IMG/VR virus record: IMGVR_UViG_3300037427_003924
Strand: one strand, 5' to 3'
From: an uncultured virus (IMG/VR IMGVR_UViG_3300037427_003924)
Lineage: Duplodnaviria > Heunggongvirae > Uroviricota > Caudoviricetes
DNA: 64,000 bases
Shown here: positions 19,642 through 29,100 of the stretch, piece after piece
Layout: every line of letters starts with the position of its first letter
Numbering within the stretch: the stretch's first letter is position 1
Notes under the pieces: model-generated
Seen by the model: only the letters and a program-made list of their open reading frames with translations
Database searches by the model: none
Told to the model about the DNA's origin: nothing
Position numbers and translations under genes: made by a program

Positions 19642-19786
19642 CTTGAGTATCTTTCCAGTCATTCTTTACTTGCTTTTTCTCCTCCCTTTTGGTTTTGGCT
19701 ACTTTTTCCTCTTCAGTCAAGGTTTTTTTATCTAAAAAACTAAAAAAAGATTTTAAAATAGCTAAAATAGAGGAGAGCCAACCCAT
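19577..19786 (-). CDS. i-spanin-like protein (putative)
   Basis: N-terminal hydrophobic anchor followed by a charged helix; lies between holin and lipoprotein. Confidence 0.55.
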   Translation of the reverse strand: MGWLSSILAILKSFFSFLDKKTLTEEEKVAKTKREEKKQVKNDWKDTQDEIDRAFSDAKSRQRLQDDQN

Positions 19787-19977
19787 TACTCAGCCGGTGT
19801 ATCTGTTTTTGCAGCTTCAGAAGTGACCCCTTTACGAAGGAATACTACCATAAGAGCCGCAAAACAGCTTTGGATTGTTATAGTTAGATCTACCTCTCCA
19901 GCGAAATATGCGCCGAGAGCCGTTAAAACCGCTGCACCAGCGGTGAAATATGTCTTTTTGCCTGAAAGTGCTTTCAT
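19786..19977 (-). CDS. Holin (putative)
   Basis: 63 aa, LSGKKTY then two hydrophobic segments and FLRKG. Confidence 0.65.
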   Translation of the reverse strand: MKALSGKKTYFTAGAAVLTALGAYFAGEVDLTITIQSCFAALMVVFLRKGVTSEAAKTDTPAE

Positions 19978-20002
19978 ATCAAATTATCTTACACCTTCAA
20001 AA

Positions 20003-20509
20003 TTAACTCATCCATTTTTTTTTGATTTTCTCAATATACTCATAACTATCAGAAATAGCTATTACATAGTCTCTCCCTTTGAACTCAACAAAAGAATCCA
20101 TAGTGTATTTTAAGACTTTTTGGAGCTGCGGGGCTGACATTTGAGCCGCTATCTCTTCTGAGTAAAAGCTCGCTAATGTGAAAAAATACTGAGCACTTTC
20201 TTCGTTAAGCTTCCTAGGAATCTTAGTTTTAATGCGTGAAGCCATCATTATCTGAGGATAAAACACTCCCAAAAAATCAGAAATATAATTTTTATATTTT
20301 TGATCGAGCGTCTTAGCTTCTTTATTAATCAATAATTTGACAAAAAGAGGAAATGATAATTCTAGCACTTCTTTTCGTGTCAGTCTTTTTCTTCCTAATT
20401 GCTGAAGAACTAAATCCCCATCCTCTTTTTCCTCAAAAAGAAGATGGGTCTTTTCTTTACTTAGTTTCGTTTTCCTTGCGAGAAAATTTATGTCGCTGAT
20501 CGTCAGCAT
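20003..20509 (-). CDS. Hypothetical protein
   Basis: Likely ATG at 20509 (MLTISD...). Confidence 0.6.
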   Translation of the reverse strand: MLTISDINFLARKTKLSKEKTHLLFEEKEDGDLVLQQLGRKRLTRKEVLELSFPLFVKLLINKEAKTLDQKYKNYISDFLGVFYPQIMMASRIKTKIPRKLNEESAQYFFTLASFYSEEIAAQMSAPQLQKVLKYTMDSFVEFKGRDYVIAISDSYEYIEKIKKKWMS

Positions 20510-20664
20510 AATAAAATGGCTCACCCTTTGTTTTTTTTTGCCACTATCGCCGCCGACTGGGTGAGTCTCTACTCGCTCGCGATGAGCCAAGTAGTTATAT
20601 ATGTCGTCAACTTTGATTTACAGTAGCTCAAGTTGCAACTACTTATATTAAATTACACTATTGT

Positions 20665-20693
20665 TTGACGGAATTCTAATTTACTATTAAAAT
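20665..20693 (+). promoter_or_regulatory. sigma70-type promoter
   Basis: TTGACG-17-TAAAAT, 8 nt before ATG 20702. Confidence 0.65.
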
Positions 20694-20701
20694 ATTTGCA
20701 G

Positions 20702-21355
20702 ATGAAGAATATTATTTTCGCCATTCCGGGTAGAGAATTTTCAGGTAACTTTTTACAGTGCTGGACAGACACTCTTTTGAAATGTGTTAATAACGGAATC
20801 AATCCTCTACTGTCTAATAAATTTTCTTCGATGGTTAGTTATGCTCGTTGCCTATGTTTAGGGGCAGACGTAAGAAGAGGCGTTCATCAAGAACCTTTCG
20901 GCGGGAAAATAGATTATGAATATATAATGTGGATTGACTCCGACATTATTTTTTCTTTCGATCAAATTGAAAAATTAATTTCGTATGATAAGGATATTGT
21001 TTCGGGAATTTATAAAATGGAAAACGGGCGTAACTACGCCTGTGTTAAAGATTGGAATCAGGATCATTACACAAAACACGGAGCGTTTTATTTTCTTCAA
21101 GAAGAAGATTGTAAACCTCATAAAGGTTTAATGGAAGTTGAATACAATGGAATGGGTTTCATGTTAATGAAAAAAGGGGTATTGGAAAAAGTAGAATACC
21201 CGTGGTTTCGTCAAATGAAAAAACAAATCGGGAACTTGGAAGATTATTGCTCAGAGGATGTTGGGTTTTGCCAGCTAGCCCGGGAAGCTGGGTTTAAAAT
21301 TTTTATTGACCCGCAGATGGTTGTGGGTCACGAAAAGATGAGGATATTAACTTAA
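20702..21355 (+). CDS. GT-A fold glycosyltransferase-like protein
   Basis: IMWIDSDI (DxD), GMGFMLMK, PWF, SEDVGFC, VGHEK motifs. Confidence 0.75.
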   Translation: MKNIIFAIPGREFSGNFLQCWTDTLLKCVNNGINPLLSNKFSSMVSYARCLCLGADVRRGVHQEPFGGKIDYEYIMWIDSDIIFSFDQIEKLISYDKDIVSGIYKMENGRNYACVKDWNQDHYTKHGAFYFLQEEDCKPHKGLMEVEYNGMGFMLMKKGVLEKVEYPWFRQMKKQIGNLEDYCSEDVGFCQLAREAGFKIFIDPQMVVGHEKMRILT

Positions 21356-21359
21356 CTCG

Positions 21360-21731
21360 TTAACAGTCTGTGGCCCCATTAAAGTCTGCTAAAGTTTTTA
21401 AATGATCGTACGCTTTGATGATCAAATTTTGGACTGGCTCCATATCAGCTAACGTTAAACTATAGACCCCAACTCCTTCAGGTACCCAAGTTGGACGTGT
21501 CTCCCTCTTTTTGGGGTTTAGGCGTCCGGTCTCGGATTCTTCATCTGAAAGCTTGTATTCATCAGTTACTCTTTTTCCAGTGTCGTAATCATACAGCTCC
21601 ACCATAAAACTTGCTGCTAAGTTCATAGGGTCATCTTTATCTTTTTCGTAGCCCGTATTAACTTCTCGCACACGGTAATAACCGTTGGATGTTCCACCGT
21701 CCTGATTTTCAAATGTTTTCTTTAATGCCAT
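21360..21731 (-). CDS. Small tail-fibre-associated protein (putative)
   Basis: MALKK..G...Y.RV ... AYDHLKTLADFNGATD; resembles the pair at 51491-52359. Confidence 0.5.
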   Translation of the reverse strand: MALKKTFENQDGGTSNGYYRVREVNTGYEKDKDDPMNLAASFMVELYDYDTGKRVTDEYKLSDEESETGRLNPKKRETRPTWVPEGVGVYSLTLADMEPVQNLIIKAYDHLKTLADFNGATDC

Positions 21732-21738
21732 ATAATTA

Positions 21739-22761
21739 TTACTCTTCTATAAATCGGAGATAAAGTGAATTAGAGGTCTGCAAACCATTGCTTGAGGATT
21801 GACCGTTTCCTCCTCCAAAATAACAAATCCTTATGCGGTCTCCATTATAAATATTCCCTGTAAATGCTAAAGCCAACCAAACCACATCATACTGACTAGT
21901 TTGGCTACATTCTGCAAAAAGGTAACCATCGGTGCTGTAAGAGGAATGAGATGCACTTGTTTGCGCAACATTTGCGGTTCCTACTGGAAGAATAGAAGTT
22001 GTAGAGGGGTTCCCTGTGTATGCTGGGCCGCCACCATATGACGTGCTGGGTATGCCTTTCGCTGCCCCTACTTGAGCTGAACCTGTTCCATCATCGGTAA
22101 ATGAAAATCGCCACTTAGTCTTTGAATCATCTATGCAGTTCGAAGGGCAGCCGTAATAACCCCCTGATGCATCCTCTGGGTTACTCTCTAGAGTGTCCTC
22201 GTACCTTGTTGTTGACCAATCCGCATAACCGGCCTGAGTGTTACCTAACGCAAAATTCCAAGTACAATCATGCCAATCTGTTACTCTAACAGTACTTCCA
22301 TCAGACTGTAAAATCTGAACGGCCGCTATAGGTAAGTCCCCATAATATGATGTTGAGGCAGTGTTACGGAATCCTATATATAAATCCCCATCCGCATATG
22401 AGGCAGAACTGGAAACTTCCATTTGAACTTCTACTACGCTATAAGGGTTAGTAGAGTCGTCACCCTGACCATAAAGTAGCGTCCCTAGGGTGATCATGTG
22501 GTTTGCGCTATGAATATCTATGTTACTGGTAGTAGGCCAATTAGATTTAGTTTCTTTATAAAGAACGTTGCTTCGTTCAACTGCTATTAAGTCACTACTA
22601 TTTGCATTGGGCCAATCTGAGTAAGCACATTTATATAGAGTTCCGCCCCGGTCTACTAAAAGTAAATCAGAGGAATCAATGTTAGCTCTATTGCCATAAG
22701 TTTCCTTATAGAGAACGTTACTTCTTTCAACTAAAATTAAATCTGAACTCTGTAATCCCAT
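21739..22761 (-). CDS. Putative tail/receptor-binding protein
   Basis: ATG in TAATG overlap; three N-terminal SSDL.LV.R...LYK repeats. Confidence 0.55.
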   Translation of the reverse strand: MGLQSSDLILVERSNVLYKETYGNRANIDSSDLLLVDRGGTLYKCAYSDWPNANSSDLIAVERSNVLYKETKSNWPTTSNIDIHSANHMITLGTLLYGQGDDSTNPYSVVEVQMEVSSSASYADGDLYIGFRNTASTSYYGDLPIAAVQILQSDGSTVRVTDWHDCTWNFALGNTQAGYADWSTTRYEDTLESNPEDASGGYYGCPSNCIDDSKTKWRFSFTDDGTGSAQVGAAKGIPSTSYGGGPAYTGNPSTTSILPVGTANVAQTSASHSSYSTDGYLFAECSQTSQYDVVWLALAFTGNIYNGDRIRICYFGGGNGQSSSNGLQTSNSLYLRFIEE

Positions 22762-25700
22762 TATGGTAAAGCTGTTAAATTTGAAAAACTTAAATGTTTT
22801 AACTTGCCCGCGCTCTCGTCCCAAAATACTAGCTTGTCAGCACCTGCGTCAACTGCACCAATTGCACCATTAGAAACGGATAAAACATCAGAGCTGGTTG
22901 ATGCGGCATAGACGTTACCTAGCCTAGCGGCAGGAACTGTTCCTGAGTCTAATTCGCTTGCATTTAAAGTATTTAAACTCGCGCCGCTTCCACTAAATGT
23001 TCCGCCAGTAACCGTACCTGAAAAGTTTCCAGCTTCAGAGTATACATTATTCCAGCGGTTACCACTTTTACCCAGATTTTCCACGCCGTCTGCGTACGAG
23101 TACAATGCTGTAGCATCCATTGCGATGACATTAGCGTTATTTATCCTAAAAGATATAGTCTTAGCACTTGCTGCGTTAAGGTAGGTAGATCCTACGGAGT
23201 CTTGTATAAGGGCGTAACTTGTTGTGGTGCCTACGTCTCTATGAGCAAATCCTGCGTAATCGCCATGCCCAATGTATCCAACTTTAGCCCTACCAATAAT
23301 CCCGTAAGTGTCGGTATTGTCTCCAAGTAAAAAAGGATTCGCTACATTTAGAGTGACGCCCCCGCTAGTACCTCCTCCTGACAAAGCTGTTCCAGCAGTT
23401 ACTCCAGTTATATCGCCTGAATTACTTGTCCACCCAGAGTCATTATTAAATTTACTTAATTTCAATTCCCCGAAAGCTTTTCTCCTTTGAGAACCAGAGT
23501 CTAATAATATAACTTCATCAGTAGTAGTGATGTCAGCGGTCATGTCAGTGAACTCACCCAAATCACATGCCAAATTAATAGTTTGATTGGATGACTGATT
23601 AAGGGTAAAACTAGTAGACCCAGTAATACCCGTTCCGGTACCTATAGTAATGGTAGCATTATTAGGGGCAGCATTACTAGTCCATCCTTGGTCGTTATTG
23701 AACTGACCCAACTTAATCTCATTAATCTGTTTGCGGCGATCCGATCCGTTATCCAAAAGAATAAGCTCATCCTGACTACCTACGATATCGGCAGTCATGT
23801 CTGTTAGTTCATCAAGCTTGGTACTGAAGGTTGTTGATGAAAGAGTCAAACCTGTTCCCGCAGAATAGGTAGTGTTAGAGGGAGTTGCCCATGTATAGTC
23901 TCCCCGTAGGAAGGTGGAAGAACTCGCCGTTCCACTACTTGCAAGCCTCGAGGTACCAACTGTTCCGGAAGTTAGATTTAAAGCGTTGAGGTTTGTCACA
24001 GCAGCTCCGTTTCCACTAAATGTTGTAGCTACGACTGCGCCAAACTTATTGTTATAGGTTAACCCTACTAACTTGGCTCCTGTCCCTGTTGCTGCCGCGT
24101 CTGTCCATGTCCACCCCGTAAAATAAGCATCATTACCTCCATAAGCATCAGAGTAGGCGGACTCTACATACATCTTAGGCCAGTAGCCGGGCGCCGCCAA
24201 AACGATACACACCATGTCGGTGCCGCCATCATCCTCTGCCGAGAGTTGGGCGGTAGGAACCCACCCCCCAGCGGAACTTATAGAGGGGTTGTAGAAAGTT
24301 GAGTTGTAGTAATGCCAACTGATTTTCAAATCTACCGTTCTAGCTGAACCATACTGAAAACCTTTTATATTAACCGTGAAATCTGCGGAGCCAGAAGCAA
24401 ACGGTATCTTGGTTTTGATCTTGATGTAAGTTGGGGTTCCATTCGAACTCAACGGTAGACCGATCATGTGAAGTTTGTCGTTGATGCTGACTTCTCCGCC
24501 AAATCTACCATTACCCCATACATGAAGTTTCTGTGCTGGCGCATCAGTCCCGATACCAACATTGCCATCAGACTTTATTACAAGATGATTATCTCCAAAT
24601 GCTGCGGAACGACACAAATGCAAGGTGGCCGTGCTATGCTGATACCCTATCTTACATTGATCATTAAAGAGTATATATTTATCTTTAGCGGCCGCCCCTT
24701 TAACGCGCATTCCAGAATGGTCATCCGTTTCAGTTACAAAATTTACTTGATGACCAGTGGCATAAACAACCAAATTATTACTAGGGTTAGTTGTCCCAAT
24801 TCCGACTTTGCCGTCAGCTTTTATTACCATTTTTGCACCGAGGGTACCTGCATTATCTAGTATAAAATAAAAGTCGCCAGCATTCGCACCTGTTTTTTTA
24901 ACAGCGATTCGCCCATCTGCATCGTAAGCTCGAAAATCTAAATTAGCGTAAGAACCATTAGTTGCATTTCTATTGTGGATTAAAGCCCCTCCGCCAGTTC
25001 CTCCTCCTGCTAACGCGTTACCCGCTACCACATCAGTATTATCATTGTTCATGTCCAGCTGAAGGTCTTTTCGGTAAGACGTGGTAGCTAGAGTGGTGTT
25101 ATCAACAGTAATTAAAAGTTTACCGCTATTTTGCAGAAGCATTTTTGTTACGTTACTGTTGCCTTCCGTAATAAAATGCATGTCTATAGAGTTACTAGCT
25201 GTATATACGGCAGCTATTCGTGCATCAGCGTCAGATACTCGGAAATCCACATTACCATAACTATTAGCTGTTGTACTTGTATTAAGTACTCTTAACCCAT
25301 ACCCCGCTTCCCCACTTAGGAAACCGGCGGTTAAGTCTGTGGAAGTGTTAGTGTAGTGGATGTGGCAATTTGCCATAGGGACATTAGTCCCAATGCCGAC
25401 GCTGCCCCCGCCCCCTTGAGTTAAAGTCATTACCTCTGTAGTAGGGCTTCCATCCCCATCCAAACCAAAACCAAAATAAATTCTAGCATTAGAGCCGCCA
25501 GCATTATTTAAACTTATAATACTAAGACGCCCAGAGCTAGTAGAGTTGTATCCAAAATATCCACCTAAAGAGGCGGTAGTTCCTCCTGTTTGTAACGCGC
25601 CTTCAAAATTATCTGAGTTAGGAGCGACGTAAATATGAGCATTACGGTAAGGAGCAGTAGTCCCGATGCCGACACTGGCGTCATTTTTCACAAAGAAACC

Positions 25701-26129
25701 AGTCCCTGCTGGAGTATAACAAGCAAAGTTATAAACAGCAGTTGATGCAGAGGAAGAAGTATCTATTGAGAGACCATAAGCAATGGCCTGTTGATTAATA
25801 ACATTTACAGCCCATTCACTATTAGTAGTTTGTTTAACTCTGAATTGAGCATTGGAAGCAGTGGTATCGCCAATAAAAACTTTACCAGCATCTGTGACCC
25901 GCATCCGTTCTGTTGGACTAGCTGTAGATAAACCTGTATAAAATTTAATATCACCACCCGCAGCATTACCGCCCCCCAAAATGATTTTTCCACCGGGCCA
26001 TGATTGTCCACCTTGGATCGTGAGTATCCCTGCTGAAGTTGTATTTTTTATCGCACGAGTACCCGTTAAAATGATATCGTCAGTCGTGGTTAACGTTCCT
26101 GTTACAGTTGTGGTTACTAGTGATGCCAT
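22761..26129 (-). CDS. Tail fibre protein, 1122 aa
   Basis: GNVGIGT..P modules, Gly/Thr-rich. Confidence 0.8.
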   Translation of the reverse strand: MASLVTTTVTGTLTTTDDIILTGTRAIKNTTSAGILTIQGGQSWPGGKIILGGGNAAGGDIKFYTGLSTASPTERMRVTDAGKVFIGDTTASNAQFRVKQTTNSEWAVNVINQQAIAYGLSIDTSSSASTAVYNFACYTPAGTGFFVKNDASVGIGTTAPYRNAHIYVAPNSDNFEGALQTGGTTASLGGYFGYNSTSSGRLSIISLNNAGGSNARIYFGFGLDGDGSPTTEVMTLTQGGGGSVGIGTNVPMANCHIHYTNTSTDLTAGFLSGEAGYGLRVLNTSTTANSYGNVDFRVSDADARIAAVYTASNSIDMHFITEGNSNVTKMLLQNSGKLLITVDNTTLATTSYRKDLQLDMNNDNTDVVAGNALAGGGTGGGALIHNRNATNGSYANLDFRAYDADGRIAVKKTGANAGDFYFILDNAGTLGAKMVIKADGKVGIGTTNPSNNLVVYATGHQVNFVTETDDHSGMRVKGAAAKDKYILFNDQCKIGYQHSTATLHLCRSAAFGDNHLVIKSDGNVGIGTDAPAQKLHVWGNGRFGGEVSINDKLHMIGLPLSSNGTPTYIKIKTKIPFASGSADFTVNIKGFQYGSARTVDLKISWHYYNSTFYNPSISSAGGWVPTAQLSAEDDGGTDMVCIVLAAPGYWPKMYVESAYSDAYGGNDAYFTGWTWTDAAATGTGAKLVGLTYNNKFGAVVATTFSGNGAAVTNLNALNLTSGTVGTSRLASSGTASSSTFLRGDYTWATPSNTTYSAGTGLTLSSTTFSTKLDELTDMTADIVGSQDELILLDNGSDRRKQINEIKLGQFNNDQGWTSNAAPNNATITIGTGTGITGSTSFTLNQSSNQTINLACDLGEFTDMTADITTTDEVILLDSGSQRRKAFGELKLSKFNNDSGWTSNSGDITGVTAGTALSGGGTSGGVTLNVANPFLLGDNTDTYGIIGRAKVGYIGHGDYAGFAHRDVGTTTSYALIQDSVGSTYLNAASAKTISFRINNANVIAMDATALYSYADGVENLGKSGNRWNNVYSEAGNFSGTVTGGTFSGSGASLNTLNASELDSGTVPAARLGNVYAASTSSDVLSVSNGAIGAVDAGADKLVFWDESAGKLKHLSFSNLTALP

Positions 26130-29100
26130 TTAAATTCTTTTCTTTAGTTCTTCTATTTCCTTATACAGCTCTTTAAAGCCGCCCAATAATACAGTCACTG
26201 CTCGACTATAATTTACACTGGAAGGATTACCTTTTTCGTCCTTCTCGACCAATTCTGGGAAGAGTTCCGCAAGTTCTTCCGCGATTAAACCTATTTCTTT
26301 TTTATCTTTATTTGTCTTTCTATTATATTTTACCGGGCGGATTTTATTTATTATATCTAAACTTGGGGTATAAGTTTCAACATTTTCTTTCAATGTTATA
26401 CTTGAAGTTTCAGTTAAGGTTCCTGTTACTGTAACGCCAGCTGATGTTGTAGCGATTTTAGTACTACCTTGATACAGTAAACTAGTAACTCCTGCTTGAG
26501 TCATGATTACATGGTAATAACTCGCTGTACCTAACTTGAAAGTCTCATCAGCCAAAACCAATGCGCTACCCATAATTGTGGTAGTGCCCGGTTTATCTAT
26601 AACAATACCAGACCTCGTACTCGCTGAGGTAAACCTTGCGTTATAATCGGACCCTCCATTAACATGCAACAGTCGTGAAGGATTAGTTGTCCCTATTCCA
26701 ACGTTGCCGTCAGTCTTAACATACATCCGCACCGTGTCGTCTGTGTAGAACTTTAGAAAGTCTCCTGAATTGCTTCCACCGATTCTTGCCTTGGTTCCAC
26801 CCCACTCAATTACATAGGCATCAGTTAACCGGATATTGCCAGACTTAACTTCAAGTTTTGTAGCTGGCGTAGTAGTCCCTATACCAACATTACCCGCCTT
26901 ATCCAACGTCATTTTTGAGCCAAACGAACTGGCTCCGTTTCTGGTCGCAAAATGTAACTTGGAATAAAATGAAGAATGGTTTTCCATCTCCATATACATT
27001 CCCCCCATATATGCAGCACTGACGGCCCCCTCAAATAAAACTCCCGCCAAGTTACCATCAGTATCTGAAGTATTTTTTAAATTTATATGTACGCTATTAG
27101 TTCCGTATGGCGCGTTTTCATCTACAGCAGTATGAGATCCGTTGATTTGCAGTTCTGATGATGGCTCATCAGTTCCAATACCAACGCCCCCATCTTTATC
27201 TATGATCATCCCACAGCCATCACTAAAATCTGCTCTAAATAAATTACTACCACTAGCATGACCCTTTGCGCCGCGGTTACCTGCGTTATATGCTCTTATA
27301 AGAGCGTTATCTCCACCCCAAGTTGAGTCGTTTCCTAGGTAAGATATAAAAGGAGAACTTGCGCTATTAGTACCAACACCTAACCTTCCATAATTTGAAA
27401 GCGTTATTGTGGCGCTACTAGTACTAAAATTAGTAAGTGTAGCGGTATTAGTTAAAGTTGTACCACTTTCACTTAAAAAGGAAGAGTCCGTTACGGTATC
27501 GGTGTCAGACCATTTGGTCATTTTTCCAGCAGTACCGGTTCCGTCTACGCTTCCAGCGCCGGGAGAAGCCGCCCACGTAACATCCCCAGATCCGTCAGTC
27601 GTCAGTACATATCCGTTAGTACCAAAGGAACCGTCCTTGTCTTTTAGGCCCGCATCTAATTCTATATAACCATTAAATAAGGCACCTACATCAAACGTGG
27701 CTAAACTACCAGCTACTTTTAAAATGTTGCTATTGTTGACTCGTAAATGAACGGTTTTTCCTGATGCTGCGTTAAGGTAAGTATTTCCATCAGAATACTG
27801 GAGTAGACAATAGTTTGAAGTACCCCCCATACTGCGATGGCTGAACCCTGCATAATCACCATGCCCCATTCCCCCTCCAATTTTAGTAGGACCAATTAAA
27901 GCGTAATCACTATTCCCATCGTTCCCTACCTCTAGTAATTGACCCGGATCAGTTGTCCCTATACCAACTTTGCCGTCATCAGTAATTCTCATTCTCTCCT
28001 CAGCTACAGCACCATTAGGTCTTGTAATAAAAACTAAATGCGCAGAGTAGTCACCTCCCGCATCAATCGCCGCAATGCCAGTTCCACCATTAGAATGGTA
28101 ACCACTAGTTTGTAAAAATATTCCAACAGCACTACCTGCGGTTGAATTTGGATTTGCAATTATTGTATCATGCCATGTTGCCCCATTAGACGCCGAAAAA
28201 GCAGTTGACCTGTTTGTTCCTTGAACCTCAAATTTTGCATTTGGCGTAAGAGCCCCAACACCAACATTGCCATCATTCAGAACTACGAATCTATAATCAC
28301 TACCCGCAACACATCCTAATACATATCCACCTGTTGCAGTTGTAGAACTATAGTCCGTTTTAACTATAAGGCCACTCGGGGTGCTGGTAGTAGCTGTGTT
28401 GTGTATTCTGGAAATCCAATCTCCAGTTTGAGAACCTGTAACTTCTAACTTGTAACCCGGCGCATTAATCCCAATGCCGACATTGCCGTTGGATATAATC
28501 CGCATACGATCAGTATTGTCCGTGGAGAAAAACACATAGTCACCCGTATTGCTGCCACCTATCTTCGCTTTTGTGCCACCCCACTCAACGTACTGATCGT
28601 TGGCTAGGCGTATATTACCCCCGGCGACCTCTAGTTTAGCCCCCGGCGCAACAGCCCCGATGCCGACATTGCCGTCACCAATAATACGTACTTTTTCTGA
28701 AGATGTGCCAGCGTTGTCTGTGAAGAATGAAATGTAACCGGTATTGTTGGCCCCCGTAGTCCCACTTTGAATCATCGCTACTCCACCGGCGTTATTTCCA
28801 AATAGTATTGTAGAAACAATATCCGTGCTATTGTTGTTAGCATGTTTTAAAAATATCTCTGCCCCTTCGTCATGCGATCCATCACTTTCAATGTGTAATT
28901 TTGCAGAAGGAACAGTAGTGCCGATACCGACATTGCCGTCACTCTTGAGGAACATAGTAGTAACCATTGCTGAAACACCGTTGTAGTTTTGCAATGATAA
29001 ACTATAGTTAGAAACTAAACCCTCTACAATTCTCGCATCACCATTCGCCCAATCTAGGGCTCCTCCGCTTGGTAAATCAAATTCTGAACCATACACAGGC

